Notes: generated from the letters alone by a model not told the origin. A DNA stretch of 64,000 nt from an uncultured Eubacteriales bacterium (GCA_900548115.1 URJL01000004.1:7101-71100), one strand, 5' to 3'. Counted from the first letter of the stretch, positions 29,101 to 38,213 are shown. Numbers and translations are program-made.

Positions 29101-32100
29101 AAGTACGGCTGAATTTATCGAGGACACCTATACGCTTACGGCGCATACAAAGGAGCGTTATACCGACAACGCAAACGAGCGCCGCTTTACCTTTACGAAA
29201 GACGGCGCGGAAATGACGCTGGTCGTTCGGCTTTACAACGACGGTGCGGCGCTTCGCTACATTCTTTCTTCGGCGGACGGAGCGGACATTATGCTGAAAG
29301 ACGAAAAAACCTCCGCCGTTTTCCTGTCGGATGCGACGGTGTGGACAATGCCGTATACGGCGACGCTCGAAGGCATGTACGGCGAAACGACGACCGGTTA
29401 TACAAAGGGGTCGAATTTCTCCTTGCCGGCGCTTGTCCGCAACGGTGAAAAATACGTTCTTCTGACCGAAAGCGGAATCAATCCCGCCGTTTCGGGAACG
29501 AGACTTTACGGCGTGGAAGACGGACTTTCGTTCGTCCCCGTCGAAAAGAATGCGACCGTTTCGTCTCCGTTCACATCGACCTGGCGCGTGCTCATCGAGG
29601 GCAGCCTTGCCGATGTGACAGAAAGCTCTCTTGTTACGGCGGTTGCGGAAAAGCCCGACGAATCGATCGACTACGGCTTTGTCGAACCCGGCATGAGCGC
29701 GTGGTCGTGGGATGAGGTGCATTTCCGCGGTCAAGCCGACCCAGACGTTCATAAAAAATATATCGACTATGCCGCCGAGATGGGGTGGAAATACTATACC
29801 CTCGACTACGGCTGGCAAAAGCCCGACGGGGAAGTGAAGGACGGAAATTATAAGGTTCTTCCCGGCGTTCATTACGATTGGGTGCCCGACGTTATCGCGC
29901 ACGCAAAGAGCAAAGGCGTAAAGCTCATCGGCTGGGTACACCGCGTAAACCTTGAGGACGAAGCTGAAATGAACGCAATCCTCGAGGATTACAAAACGAT
30001 CGGACTTGCGGGAATCAAAGCCGATTTCTTCAATTCCGAAAGCGCCGAAACGATGAAAATATACGACCGCCTATACCGCAAGTGCGCACAGCTCGGTCTT
30101 ATCGTCAACTGCCACGGCGCAAACAAGCCCACGGGCGAGGTGCGCACCTATCCGAACGTCATTGCTCGCGAGGGAATCAAGGGCGACGAGTATGCCTACT
30201 ACGACGGTATGTGGGCGTCGCAGTATACAATCATTCCGTTTTTGCGCAGTGTCACGGGACCTGCCGACGTGACCGAATATATCTATCCCCGCCTCACGAA
30301 CAAAACGACCTGCGGCTCACAAATGGCGCTGTCGGTTCTGGTTACGAGCGGACTTCACTACATGGGTACACCGCCCGAAAAAATGTTAAACAGCCCCGCA
30401 AAAAATCTTTATACCGATTTTCCGACCGTCTTTGACGACCGCTTCCTTTTGGACGGGGAAGTCGGAAAATATGCGCTCATCGCCGCACGGTACGGTGATG
30501 CCTATTATATCGGTGGCATCACGACCGACGCGCGCACGGCGGTCGCAAAGCTTGATTTTCTCAATGAAAACACGACCTATTTTGCCGACATTTACAAGGA
30601 CGGCAACAGCAAGGACGAGATGAAGGTCGAGACAAAGCTCGTAAAACGCGGCGACGAGTTGTCGGTCGACTTTTTGGAAAACGGCGGCGCGATCATTCGT
30701 CTGCGTCCGATCTCGACTCTTACCGCTCCCGAATCGATCCGCATTTCGGAAGAGAGCGTGACGACCGACATCGGGGAAAGCGTTGGACTTTCCGTTATCA
30801 CCTCGGGTGAGGAAACGCCCGGAGCGCTCCTTTATTCTTCGAGCAACGAAAAAGTCGCCCGAATCGAAAACGGGATCGTTTACGCCGTCGGCGCGGGCAT
30901 TGCAACGGTGCGCGTTTCGGCGGCGGCAGACACGGCGGTTTATGCCGAATGCCGTGTGAACGTGCGCCGAAGCGAAAACGCTGTTTCGGGTCTTGCGATA
31001 ACCGCACCCGAAAGCGTGAAACCGAACGAGAGCTTCACGGTATCCTTTAAGACCCCGAGCGGCGTCTCGAAAGACGATATTTCTTTTATCGACGGCAGTT
31101 TCAAAGCGCTTCCGATCACCTCGTCGAGCGAGGAAAACGGCGTTTTGTCCTTTGTGATCTCGATGCCCTGCGGCGAGAAGATCGGCGTATTGGACGCACG
31201 CGGAACGGAGCTCGGCTTCTTTACCGCCCGTGCCGAAGTGACGATACTGTATGACGGTGCGGTGGAAAAGACGGCGCTTTCGGGCGAGACGATCACATTA
31301 AAGGGAAAAAATTCTTCGGGCGATCTTCTCTTTGTCGGCTGGAAAATCGGCGATACGGTTTATGCCGCCGAAACCGACATAACCGTTCCGTTCGGCGTGT
31401 CCGAGCTTTCGGTCACGTCGGTCTTTGCCGACCCGACCGAGCGCGTTACGCTCTATATCGACGCGGAAAACGGAAAGGACGAAAACGAAGGACTTACGAA
31501 AAATTCGGCGGTGCGCACGGTTTCGAGAGCCTTCTCGCTTCTTGACTCTTACGGAGCAAAGGAACAAATTCTTACTGTCATCGGATTTCTTTCGCCTGCG
31601 CGAAGTCTTCCGCAGAACAGCTCGAACATCACGATAACCGGCGCGGACGAAAACGCGGTCTTTAACGTCGGAGCGGACGGCATTGCCATGAACGGCGATC
31701 TTTCCTTCCGCGATATCCGCTTCGAGTGCAATACGGTCAACAAATTCTTTGACACCATGGGGCATACCCTTGTGATCGGCGAAAACGTCTCGACCGAAAA
31801 ATCGCCGAGCACGGTGATAATCCATTCGGGCACGATGAATTCCGACGGACCGCGCGAGCATGTCACGATAAAAAGCGGCACGTTCCGCATCAGCGCGGGA
31901 GCCTTTTACAACATATCGAAAGCCAATAAAACAAACGGCGCCGATTACATTATCGACGGCGGCAATGTTACGCTTCATTTCTGCGCCGATAATTTCTCGA
32001 CGACTCAGCACGGAACGATCTTTACCGATGCCGTGAACGCCATACACAACGGCGGAAACCTTTCGATCACGACGCAGGACACCAACGGCGAGAACATCGT

Positions 32101-35100
32101 GTTCGAAAAGCCGGTTACCCTGATTCAAAACTACGGAAATAAGGCGTCAGTCAAGGGCATTTTCGAGCTTTGCACCAACGGATACTATGTCATCGAATCC
32201 GAAAAGTACGGCGCGTGCCGCGTCGAAGCGACTTCGACCGAAGGCGTATTCCGCGCCGTTTGCGGTGAGGGCGTGAACGCCTTTGCCGACAAGGTGAAGA
32301 TAAACGACACCTTTACGGCGCAGTCGGATAAGATCACGCACGTGACCTATCGTCCCGACAAGGCGGCAAAGATCGGGGAGAACACCTTCGATACGCTTTC
32401 CGAAGCTGTTTCGGCGGCAAAGAACGGCGATACGGTCACGCTGCTCCAAAGCGCCGTTCTCTCCGAAAATATCACGATTCAAAGCGGCGTAAGCGTCGAT
32501 TTGGACGGCTTTGCGGTAAGCGGAGGAAAACTCATTCTTTCGAAGGGCGCGTGCGCATACAGTACGGGCGAGCTTTCCCAATATGTTTTGCCGAGCGAAA
32601 ACTACGTTCTCGGTGAAAACCGCGATGGGGAAGAGTACCGCATTCTGCCACTCGGTATCCGCCGCGACGGAAACACGCTGTATTTCGACGACGAAGCGTA
32701 CACCGTTCGCGGGAAGAACGGCTCGGTGAACGGAGAAGTCGAGCTTTACGGCGTTTCGTACACCTTTACCGTATCGGATATGCACGCACCTTCGCTCTAT
32801 GCGAAAAACATCACGATCTCCGACGGCTCGTTCGATTCTTTGCACGCGACCGACGGCGGAAGCGCCCGCTTCACCGTAAACGGTGGCAGTATCAATACCG
32901 TCTTTGCGGGTTCGCTCGGCGGAAACGAGAGCGTTTCGGTCTCGGCCGTCGGCGGAAGCATCACGACGCTTTATGCTTCGGGCGAGGGACTGACCGGTAC
33001 GGTCGAAATTTCGATCGGTTCGGGAAATATCGAAAATCTTTATAAAACCGCGCCGAACGGAACGCCCGCCGGAACGGTTCATATAAACGGCACAAACGGA
33101 AAAGTGTTCACCGGCTGGGACGAAAACGAAAGAGCGATCTTTATGACACTGGAGCTTCTCGGTATGCAGCTTCGCACAACGGGCGTTCAGGGCTTGCGCT
33201 TTATTGCCGAGCTTCGCGGCGACAAAAACGGCGTGGACGAATACGGCGTTATCGTTCTGCCCGAGTCGCTCTTGAACGACAGCGAGCTTACGCTCGATAC
33301 CGAACGGATCGCCAAGATCTCGAGTAAGGATTCGAATTTCAAGATCTTCGATTCGGATGCCGATTCGATCCGCTACACGGTCTGCATAACGGGCATCGAA
33401 CCGAAGAATTATGACCGCCGCTACTGTGTCCGCGCGTATATGAAGTATACCGGCTCGGACGGCGAACATATCGTCTATACCGACACCATGCCCGGCGACA
33501 TTCTCTCGACGGCAAAGGGCATTTGCGATCGCTATCCCGGACAATACGAGGAGCTGTACGAAAGAATTCTGAATGAATACGCCGCGACCTTTGTTTCAGC
33601 GGGTGAATTCAAAAAGAAGGTTGAGGAGCTTTCCGAAAGCGGACTTTCGGTACTTTCGCTCGATTTTACCTCCGAAGGAAAAGCGATCGGCACCGACGGC
33701 TCCGAGACCGAAAACGCCGATTGGAGCGTGACCGATTATCTTTCGGTCTCCGATTTTGATATTTTGCAATATTGTCTCTCGGTGCGCTCGGGCGTTCTGT
33801 CCCTTGCGTTTTACGATGCGGACAAGACGTTTATAAACGGCGTATCGGGAAGCACGAACGGCGGCAACGACGGTTATACGGTCGCGATCTATCAGAAAGA
33901 CATCCCCGAAAACGCTTCCTTTGTACGCCTTTCGCGGCACAAGAATTTTGACCTTACCTCGGCAAAGCTCTCCCGCGCAATCGGCGATGAGGTGAACGGG
34001 TATTGTCTCACCAAGGACAAAACGACCTTTGCGGGCAAGAAGATTCTCTGCGTCGGCGACAGCCTGACCTACGGCGATTACGGAACGACCGTCCCCGGAC
34101 GCGGCTATCCGCACAATGAAAACTACCCGTACTACCTTGCAAAATATACGGGCGCTTCGGTCGAATGGTACGCAAGAGGCGGTTATACCGCGACCAACCT
34201 GTACGGCGATTATCACGACGGAATCTTCTCGGGCGCGGGACGCGACGGAGAATATTCCGCAAAGGACGCGGATTTTGTTATCGTCATGCTCGGCACGAAC
34301 GGCGGACTTACCAAAAACGGAAAAGCTCATTTCGAATCGTACCGCAAGCTGGTCGAGGGACTGAAAAAGGACATGAAGGCGGGCGCAAAGCTTATTCTGA
34401 TGACCCCGCCGCATGCGACCAAAGATCCCTCCAAGGTCAATTACGGCTACGCCGAAAACGTTTCCGACGCATACGGCGCGGTTTATGCCCTCGCAAAGGA
34501 ACAGAATCTTCCCGTGTTTGACGTATACCGCGATTCGGGTCTTTCGGAAAAGAACGAAACGCTCATGCAGCCGAACGACGGACTTCATTTCGGCGGCGTC
34601 GGTTATTCGACGCTGGCGGCGTTCGTCACCAACGAATTAAAGCTTTTGGTTTCGGGAAAGCTTGATGCCCTTTCGGCGTCGGAGGAGACCGATAAAGCCG
34701 ACACGGAATTTTTGTCGACGATTGAATATCCCGCCTTTTCGCTTTGCGACGGGAAATACAAGACCTTCGGACGCTGGTTCAAAAAGACGGTGAACGGAGC
34801 GGAATGCGACGTGACGACCACGACGGGTTCGCAGATCTTTTTCCTGACAAACGGCGCGACAACCTTTACCGTCGACTTTAAAGACGAGACACAGTGCAAG
34901 AGTGCAAAGCCGTATTTTGCCGTTTCGATTGACGGGGGAGAGCCGACGCGCTGTCCCATCACCGAAAATACGATAACGCTCCCCGACGCTTCACGCCATG
35001 CCGTTTGGCTTTTCATGGACGGACTTTACGAGCGCGAGGATAAATGGAACGGCGAGGTCGGCTTTGCCGTCGCGGGAATCTCGGTCAACGCGGGTACGAT

Positions 35101-36853
35101 GCGTGCGATTGAGCCTACGAACGATATTGTTTTCTATTACGGCGACAGCATTACCGAGGGCGTGAACGCGTTGGGCACGACCACCGACGGCGCATCGAAC
35201 AGCGCGACGGGCTCGTATGCTTATTTCAGCGCAAGAGAGCTTTCGGCGATCCCGTATTACATCGGCTACGGCGAAAGCGGTCTTGTCCGCCCAGGGTCAT
35301 TCAAAGAGATGAAAACGGCGATCGAATATCTCAGCGCAAACAAAACGGTCGATCTCTCGGTCGTACCGTCGTACATCGTCATAAATCACGGCTATAACGA
35401 CGCATATTCGAGCAGCACCGTTCCCGCGATCACCTCGGAAGAATTTTCGTCGGCGCTTGCGGAAACGCTCGATCTTCTGAACAAGGTATACCCCGATACC
35501 GAAATCTTTTATATCATTCCGATCAACGGAAGCTATCGAGAGGAAATTTATGCCGCAGAAGAAAAATACAAAAATCTTTCCGTGATCGAAACAAAAGATC
35601 TTTCGATCACAAAGCACGACGGAATCCATCCCGACAAAGAAAGCGCCGAAAGGATGGGCAAGGCGGCAGCGGAGGCTGTTCGAAAAATACAGAGCCGCAC
35701 GCACGTGTTTGATTCATATATCACGTACCGTTCGACGCTCCAAAACACCGCAAAGGTTTTGCGCGATGAGAAAAAGCTGACCGTCGCCTATTTCGGCGGC
35801 TCGGTAACGGCGGGCTACGGCGCTTCCGATTTCGACGCGGGCGGACGTGCGACCGACAAGAATTCGTGGCGCGCCAAAACGACGGCATGGCTTTCGGAAA
35901 ATTTCCCGGACGCCAAGATTGAAAGCATTTATGCTGCCATCGGCGAGAGCGGAACTTATCTCGGGACCTATATCGTGCAGGATTATGTCATCGCAAAGAA
36001 CCCCGATCTTGTGTTCATCGAATACGCCATCAACGATACTTACGGCGGATTTGATAAAGTCCGCGCCGCGCTTCAGCTCGAGACGATCGTGCGCGAGATC
36101 AAGACCGCGCTTCCGAAGGCCGATATCGTGATCCTTTTGTCGGGCGATCACGGACAGCTTTCGGGGAACGCATGGTACTTCCCGACGGCGCAGGGACATG
36201 CCGATATCGCCGAGCATTATAATTTGCCGCTTGTCTATATGGGAAGAGCGCTTTATGATCACATTACAAAGAATTCTCTTTCGTGGGACAGCTTTTATAA
36301 GGACAATGTTCATCCGCTCGACGCGGGCTATGCTTACTATTTTGAAGTGGTGAAGGAATACCTCGGAAATGCACTTTTGCATACACAGCTTTCCGACGCA
36401 TACAAAACATCACAGCTTCCCGCACTTTATTCCGATCATCTTCTCGACGGCGACCGCACGCTTGTGTACGCGACCGAGGAGATGCTCGACGGAAACGACG
36501 GCTGGAGCCGTTCGAGTGCCAACATCAACCCCGTCTTTTCGAAGAAAGGCTCGATTGTGCAAAACATATCCGACACGATGAAGCCGTTCACGTATACTTT
36601 TAACGGCACCGAGCTTGCAATCTACACGAATCTTTATTCGCCCGTAAAATACGAGCTTACGGTGGACGGAGAAACATCGACCGTCACCTTCTCGGGACAT
36701 AATCCCACAACGGTCGTAAGCGGACTTTCGGGCGGCGAACATACCGTGACGATAAAGCCGATCGCGGATACCGTTCCGTCGGGAACGACGACTATGCAGA
36801 TCGATGCGGTTATGTATCGCGACGAGACGAAAGAAACCCGCAAAAACCCATAA
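26162..36853 (+). CDS. giant secreted multidomain carbohydrate-active protein (4 NPCBM-like CBMs, 4 Big_2, GH97-like catalytic module, unassigned beta-helix-like region, 3 SGNH esterase modules)
   Basis: One uninterrupted 10.7-kb ORF. AAAGGAGAGG RBS and signal peptide at ATG 26162. NPCBM ends ..DW(C/A)(V/L)WG(D/N)(P/A)R/Y. GH97-like FRLYNDGAALRY, GIKADFF, CHGANKPTGEVRTYPN. SGNH blocks at about 34040 (CVGDSLTYG), about 35130 (YYGDSITEG) and about 35780 (YFGGSVTAG). Confidence 0.85.
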   Translation: MKRKTAKRSLAAVLSVLTACGNFVFAPFSISAADADATVYLQDLYFKNPDGVTVAGSQTIMAGERTVTYASGNVTYSKAIRQDTVNNVGGLEESSMTFSIGDLSVFGSDFTADVGMQAGDTYLLGDAVFKVYVDGVLTAKSGVVSYKSEKTTVTCYVPATAKTLTIAVDCYDDTACDWCVWGDPRLTPRKNAKVYLSPLARTEKNKVQTGYGSYTIRYNDTESREFSQSIYNHAAGVGKPFASVSYDVESIAANGAVFKSYIGLRNDIDGTKDTNKYGKASFLVYADDVLLETSEEITPESPLTRLCAAIPSGTKTLTLAQNPGTSQDCDWCVWGDPYIYPSDIVLFDAYADKTMLLYGETEKITVKFFGGDGEKIADAAYTASFESADSAVATVSNDGTVTARAFGTTEITLIASYGGKEYRKTIPISVTTGAKNVYLADLSSAHAGSYTLRYADTGRLLCEKGLYIHAGKPGAAFVSATYDIAQYTAADTSFHSYIGFLATNGSETDTAMRGLASFVVYADGTEIAKSDFISPASELSRIDVLIPKGTKILKIALDPGEKQDFDWCLWGDPYLAVDEDYENRLSSVSLSAEKTELSLGESVGTSLVATLVSGSEPDLSKAKITYSSSAPDVLSVKDDGTVTALSNGTAILSVKVEYNSSAASAALRFRCGETAGDITRYLGELSPEKASVGWGALTIDRDLSGNKIHFANDGDGITCEKGLMTHAPAELVYDIEHYGAFAFRATVGITDDEAAGKGLVQFFVYADDTLLYQSAKMTNVGPYEEIDVTVPDGTKTLRLVADSCGDNASDHSAWGNARILLSAENGKNVVFARAALSRAVLPVNETAKVSVTGLYADGSALDGTESITYKSENEGVFTVDENGVLTGVSDGVAMLCTTIASGNSTYTTETRVIVGESENGFLFHFNSPDGTRTFILSLSETDGALSYMLCDENSLAIEESALGIVTDKADFTSGLTLKEASTAEFIEDTYTLTAHTKERYTDNANERRFTFTKDGAEMTLVVRLYNDGAALRYILSSADGADIMLKDEKTSAVFLSDATVWTMPYTATLEGMYGETTTGYTKGSNFSLPALVRNGEKYVLLTESGINPAVSGTRLYGVEDGLSFVPVEKNATVSSPFTSTWRVLIEGSLADVTESSLVTAVAEKPDESIDYGFVEPGMSAWSWDEVHFRGQADPDVHKKYIDYAAEMGWKYYTLDYGWQKPDGEVKDGNYKVLPGVHYDWVPDVIAHAKSKGVKLIGWVHRVNLEDEAEMNAILEDYKTIGLAGIKADFFNSESAETMKIYDRLYRKCAQLGLIVNCHGANKPTGEVRTYPNVIAREGIKGDEYAYYDGMWASQYTIIPFLRSVTGPADVTEYIYPRLTNKTTCGSQMALSVLVTSGLHYMGTPPEKMLNSPAKNLYTDFPTVFDDRFLLDGEVGKYALIAARYGDAYYIGGITTDARTAVAKLDFLNENTTYFADIYKDGNSKDEMKVETKLVKRGDELSVDFLENGGAIIRLRPISTLTAPESIRISEESVTTDIGESVGLSVITSGEETPGALLYSSSNEKVARIENGIVYAVGAGIATVRVSAAADTAVYAECRVNVRRSENAVSGLAITAPESVKPNESFTVSFKTPSGVSKDDISFIDGSFKALPITSSSEENGVLSFVISMPCGEKIGVLDARGTELGFFTARAEVTILYDGAVEKTALSGETITLKGKNSSGDLLFVGWKIGDTVYAAETDITVPFGVSELSVTSVFADPTERVTLYIDAENGKDENEGLTKNSAVRTVSRAFSLLDSYGAKEQILTVIGFLSPARSLPQNSSNITITGADENAVFNVGADGIAMNGDLSFRDIRFECNTVNKFFDTMGHTLVIGENVSTEKSPSTVIIHSGTMNSDGPREHVTIKSGTFRISAGAFYNISKANKTNGADYIIDGGNVTLHFCADNFSTTQHGTIFTDAVNAIHNGGNLSITTQDTNGENIVFEKPVTLIQNYGNKASVKGIFELCTNGYYVIESEKYGACRVEATSTEGVFRAVCGEGVNAFADKVKINDTFTAQSDKITHVTYRPDKAAKIGENTFDTLSEAVSAAKNGDTVTLLQSAVLSENITIQSGVSVDLDGFAVSGGKLILSKGACAYSTGELSQYVLPSENYVLGENRDGEEYRILPLGIRRDGNTLYFDDEAYTVRGKNGSVNGEVELYGVSYTFTVSDMHAPSLYAKNITISDGSFDSLHATDGGSARFTVNGGSINTVFAGSLGGNESVSVSAVGGSITTLYASGEGLTGTVEISIGSGNIENLYKTAPNGTPAGTVHINGTNGKVFTGWDENERAIFMTLELLGMQLRTTGVQGLRFIAELRGDKNGVDEYGVIVLPESLLNDSELTLDTERIAKISSKDSNFKIFDSDADSIRYTVCITGIEPKNYDRRYCVRAYMKYTGSDGEHIVYTDTMPGDILSTAKGICDRYPGQYEELYERILNEYAATFVSAGEFKKKVEELSESGLSVLSLDFTSEGKAIGTDGSETENADWSVTDYLSVSDFDILQYCLSVRSGVLSLAFYDADKTFINGVSGSTNGGNDGYTVAIYQKDIPENASFVRLSRHKNFDLTSAKLSRAIGDEVNGYCLTKDKTTFAGKKILCVGDSLTYGDYGTTVPGRGYPHNENYPYYLAKYTGASVEWYARGGYTATNLYGDYHDGIFSGAGRDGEYSAKDADFVIVMLGTNGGLTKNGKAHFESYRKLVEGLKKDMKAGAKLILMTPPHATKDPSKVNYGYAENVSDAYGAVYALAKEQNLPVFDVYRDSGLSEKNETLMQPNDGLHFGGVGYSTLAAFVTNELKLLVSGKLDALSASEETDKADTEFLSTIEYPAFSLCDGKYKTFGRWFKKTVNGAECDVTTTTGSQIFFLTNGATTFTVDFKDETQCKSAKPYFAVSIDGGEPTRCPITENTITLPDASRHAVWLFMDGLYEREDKWNGEVGFAVAGISVNAGTMRAIEPTNDIVFYYGDSITEGVNALGTTTDGASNSATGSYAYFSARELSAIPYYIGYGESGLVRPGSFKEMKTAIEYLSANKTVDLSVVPSYIVINHGYNDAYSSSTVPAITSEEFSSALAETLDLLNKVYPDTEIFYIIPINGSYREEIYAAEEKYKNLSVIETKDLSITKHDGIHPDKESAERMGKAAAEAVRKIQSRTHVFDSYITYRSTLQNTAKVLRDEKKLTVAYFGGSVTAGYGASDFDAGGRATDKNSWRAKTTAWLSENFPDAKIESIYAAIGESGTYLGTYIVQDYVIAKNPDLVFIEYAINDTYGGFDKVRAALQLETIVREIKTALPKADIVILLSGDHGQLSGNAWYFPTAQGHADIAEHYNLPLVYMGRALYDHITKNSLSWDSFYKDNVHPLDAGYAYYFEVVKEYLGNALLHTQLSDAYKTSQLPALYSDHLLDGDRTLVYATEEMLDGNDGWSRSSANINPVFSKKGSIVQNISDTMKPFTYTFNGTELAIYTNLYSPVKYELTVDGETSTVTFSGHNPTTVVSGLSGGEHTVTIKPIADTVPSGTTTMQIDAVMYRDETKETRKNP

Positions 36854-36889
36854 TAATTCCGAAGCGCCCATCGCGGCGCAAAACAAAGG

Positions 36890-36924
36890 TCTCCCGCCGC
36901 TTTCCCCTTGCGGCGGGAGATTTT
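36890..36924 (+). terminator. rho-independent terminator of the giant gene
   Basis: TCTCCCGCCGC/GCGGCGGGAGA stem followed by TTTT. Confidence 0.75.
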
Positions 36925-37002
36925 CGTTATTCAGAACAAGGGCGCTTTTATGCCGAAGCGGAGAAGAAAAACAAAAAAACTCCGAAAATCGCGAAAAAAC
37001 CT

Positions 37003-37031
37003 TTGCAATTTTCGAAAGAATGTGCTATAAT
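37003..37031 (+). promoter_or_regulatory. sigmaA-type promoter with extended -10
   Basis: TTGCAA-17 nt-(TGC)TATAAT. Confidence 0.5.
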
Positions 37032-37051
37032 TCCCCTTGGTGTGTAGCCGC

Positions 37052-37092
37052 ACGGCGTAAGTCCAACTTTCGGACTTACGCCGTATTTTTTT
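37052..37092 (+). terminator. strong hairpin + T-run only ~20 nt downstream of the promoter (attenuator or end of a tiny transcript)
   Basis: 13-bp perfect stem ACGGCGTAAGTCC/GGACTTACGCCGT, 7-nt loop, then ATTTTTTT. Confidence 0.65.
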
Positions 37093-37117
37093 ATATTTTT
37101 ACTTCGGAGGTCAAAAA

Positions 37118-37279
37118 ATGCAACAGAAACAGCTCGGTCTTGCGACCGAAAAAATCGGAAGACTGATGGGGCGGTACGCCGTGCCGTGCGTGATCTCGCT
37201 TTTGGTCGGGGGGCTTTACAACATTGTCGATCAGATGTCTGCGGAAAGTGGCAAAGAAAAAAGCGCGGTCATACTATGA
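37118..37279 (+). pseudogene. 5' fragment of a MATE efflux gene (first ~40 codons only)
   Basis: GGAGG RBS + ATG. MQQKQLGLATEKIGRLMGRYAVPCVISLLVGGLYNIVDQ matches the MATE N-terminus. Similarity stops at about 37237 and the frame ends after 53 codons. Confidence 0.6.
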
Positions 37280-37322
37280 CGGTGAGCGCGAGCGCTCGAT
37301 ATGACCGATAAGAAACAATAAA

Positions 37323-37523
37323 ATGAGAAAGGAAGCGTGTGAAACCGTGAATCAATCGATTGTGATAGAACCGCAAATGCTTGCGTCGGCGTATATCCCG
37401 TTTCAGATAAGCGAATTCGATGCTTTGTATGAACCGGACGAAGCGCTGGAAAAGGGGACGGTGTTCCCCGAATTGTATCTTCCGGGTCTCGGATACGGGG
37501 GAGGTGCAAATTATGCGCGATAA
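37323..37523 (+). CDS. cotJA: spore coat-associated protein CotJA
   Basis: LASAYIPFQ....EALEKGTVFPELYLP matches the CotJA signature. Start codon uncertain (ATG 37323, GTG 37347 or ATG 37377). Confidence 0.75.
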   Translation: MRKEACETVNQSIVIEPQMLASAYIPFQISEFDALYEPDEALEKGTVFPELYLPGLGYGGGANYAR

Positions 37524-37803
37524 AACCTCCCGCACCTATCTTTTGCGCAAATGGCAGGAGTATTCCTTTGCCGCCTATGAAGCAAGACTGTATCTCGATA
37601 CCCATCCCGGAAGCCGCGCGGCACTGAATTATTTTAATAAATTTGTCGCTTTGCAAAATGCAGCCGCTAAAGAATTGCAGACGCGATACGGCGCCGTGAC
37701 GCAAAATCCCGACGCTCCGCTTTCCGAATGGAGCTGGATCGATATGCCGTGGCCGTGGACCGAGAGCGAAGAAGCCGAAGAAACGAAAAGGGGAGGAAAT
37801 TGA
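37513..37803 (+). CDS. cotJB: spore coat protein CotJB
   Basis: WQEYSFAAYEARLYLDTHPGSRAAL matches the CotJB signature. GGAGGTG RBS. Overlaps the cotJA end. Confidence 0.8.
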   Translation: MRDKTSRTYLLRKWQEYSFAAYEARLYLDTHPGSRAALNYFNKFVALQNAAAKELQTRYGAVTQNPDAPLSEWSWIDMPWPWTESEEAEETKRGGN

Positions 37804-37806
37804 CCG

Positions 37807-38213
37807 ATGTGGAGCTATGAGAAAAAATTGCAATTCCCGATCAATATCAAACACACCGACGCACGCAGTGCCAAGATCATCATGAGCCAGTACGGCGGCC
37901 CCGACGGCGAGATCGGCGCTTCGCTCCGCTATCTCTCCCAACGCTATACCATGCCGAACGGTCAGCTGATCGGGCTTTTGACCGATATCGGTACGGAAGA
38001 ACTGGCTCATATGGAGATGGTTGCTTCCATTGTCCATCAGCTGACGCGCGGGCTTACCGAAAAACAGATCGAGGAACAGGGCTTTTCGGAATACTATACC
38101 GACCACGGTCTCGGTATCTGGCCGCAGTCGGCGGGCGGAATCCCGCACGATGCGCTGACGTATGCCTCCAAGGGAAACGCGATTTGTGATCTGAACGAGG
38201 ATCTGGCGGCAGA
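37807..38213 (+). CDS. cotJC: cotJC 5' segment (codons 1-135), interrupted by the intervening element
   Basis: MWSYEKKLQFPI..YGGPDGE..RYLSQRYTMP..TDIGTEELAHMEM..NEDLAA is CotJC/Mn-catalase-like. After 38213 the reading frame continues as unrelated AT-rich read-through. Confidence 0.85.

Noticed and set aside
26390-34588. Several long minus-strand ORFs inside the giant gene (26390-27646, 28115-29941, 31298-32128, 32147-33544, 33596-34588)
   Set aside because: All are antisense shadows of one continuous, domain-rich 10.7-kb plus-strand ORF. Their products are R/V/F-rich and contain no motifs.
37240-37322. sigmaE-type promoter for cotJA (CATACTAT at 37270-37277) and an 8-bp inverted repeat CGGTCATA...TATGACCG
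   Set aside because: The -10-like octamer is decent (7/8). However, the position 14 nt upstream reads GCAAA rather than ATATT. I cannot distinguish this from chance without a PWM scan or transcript mapping.
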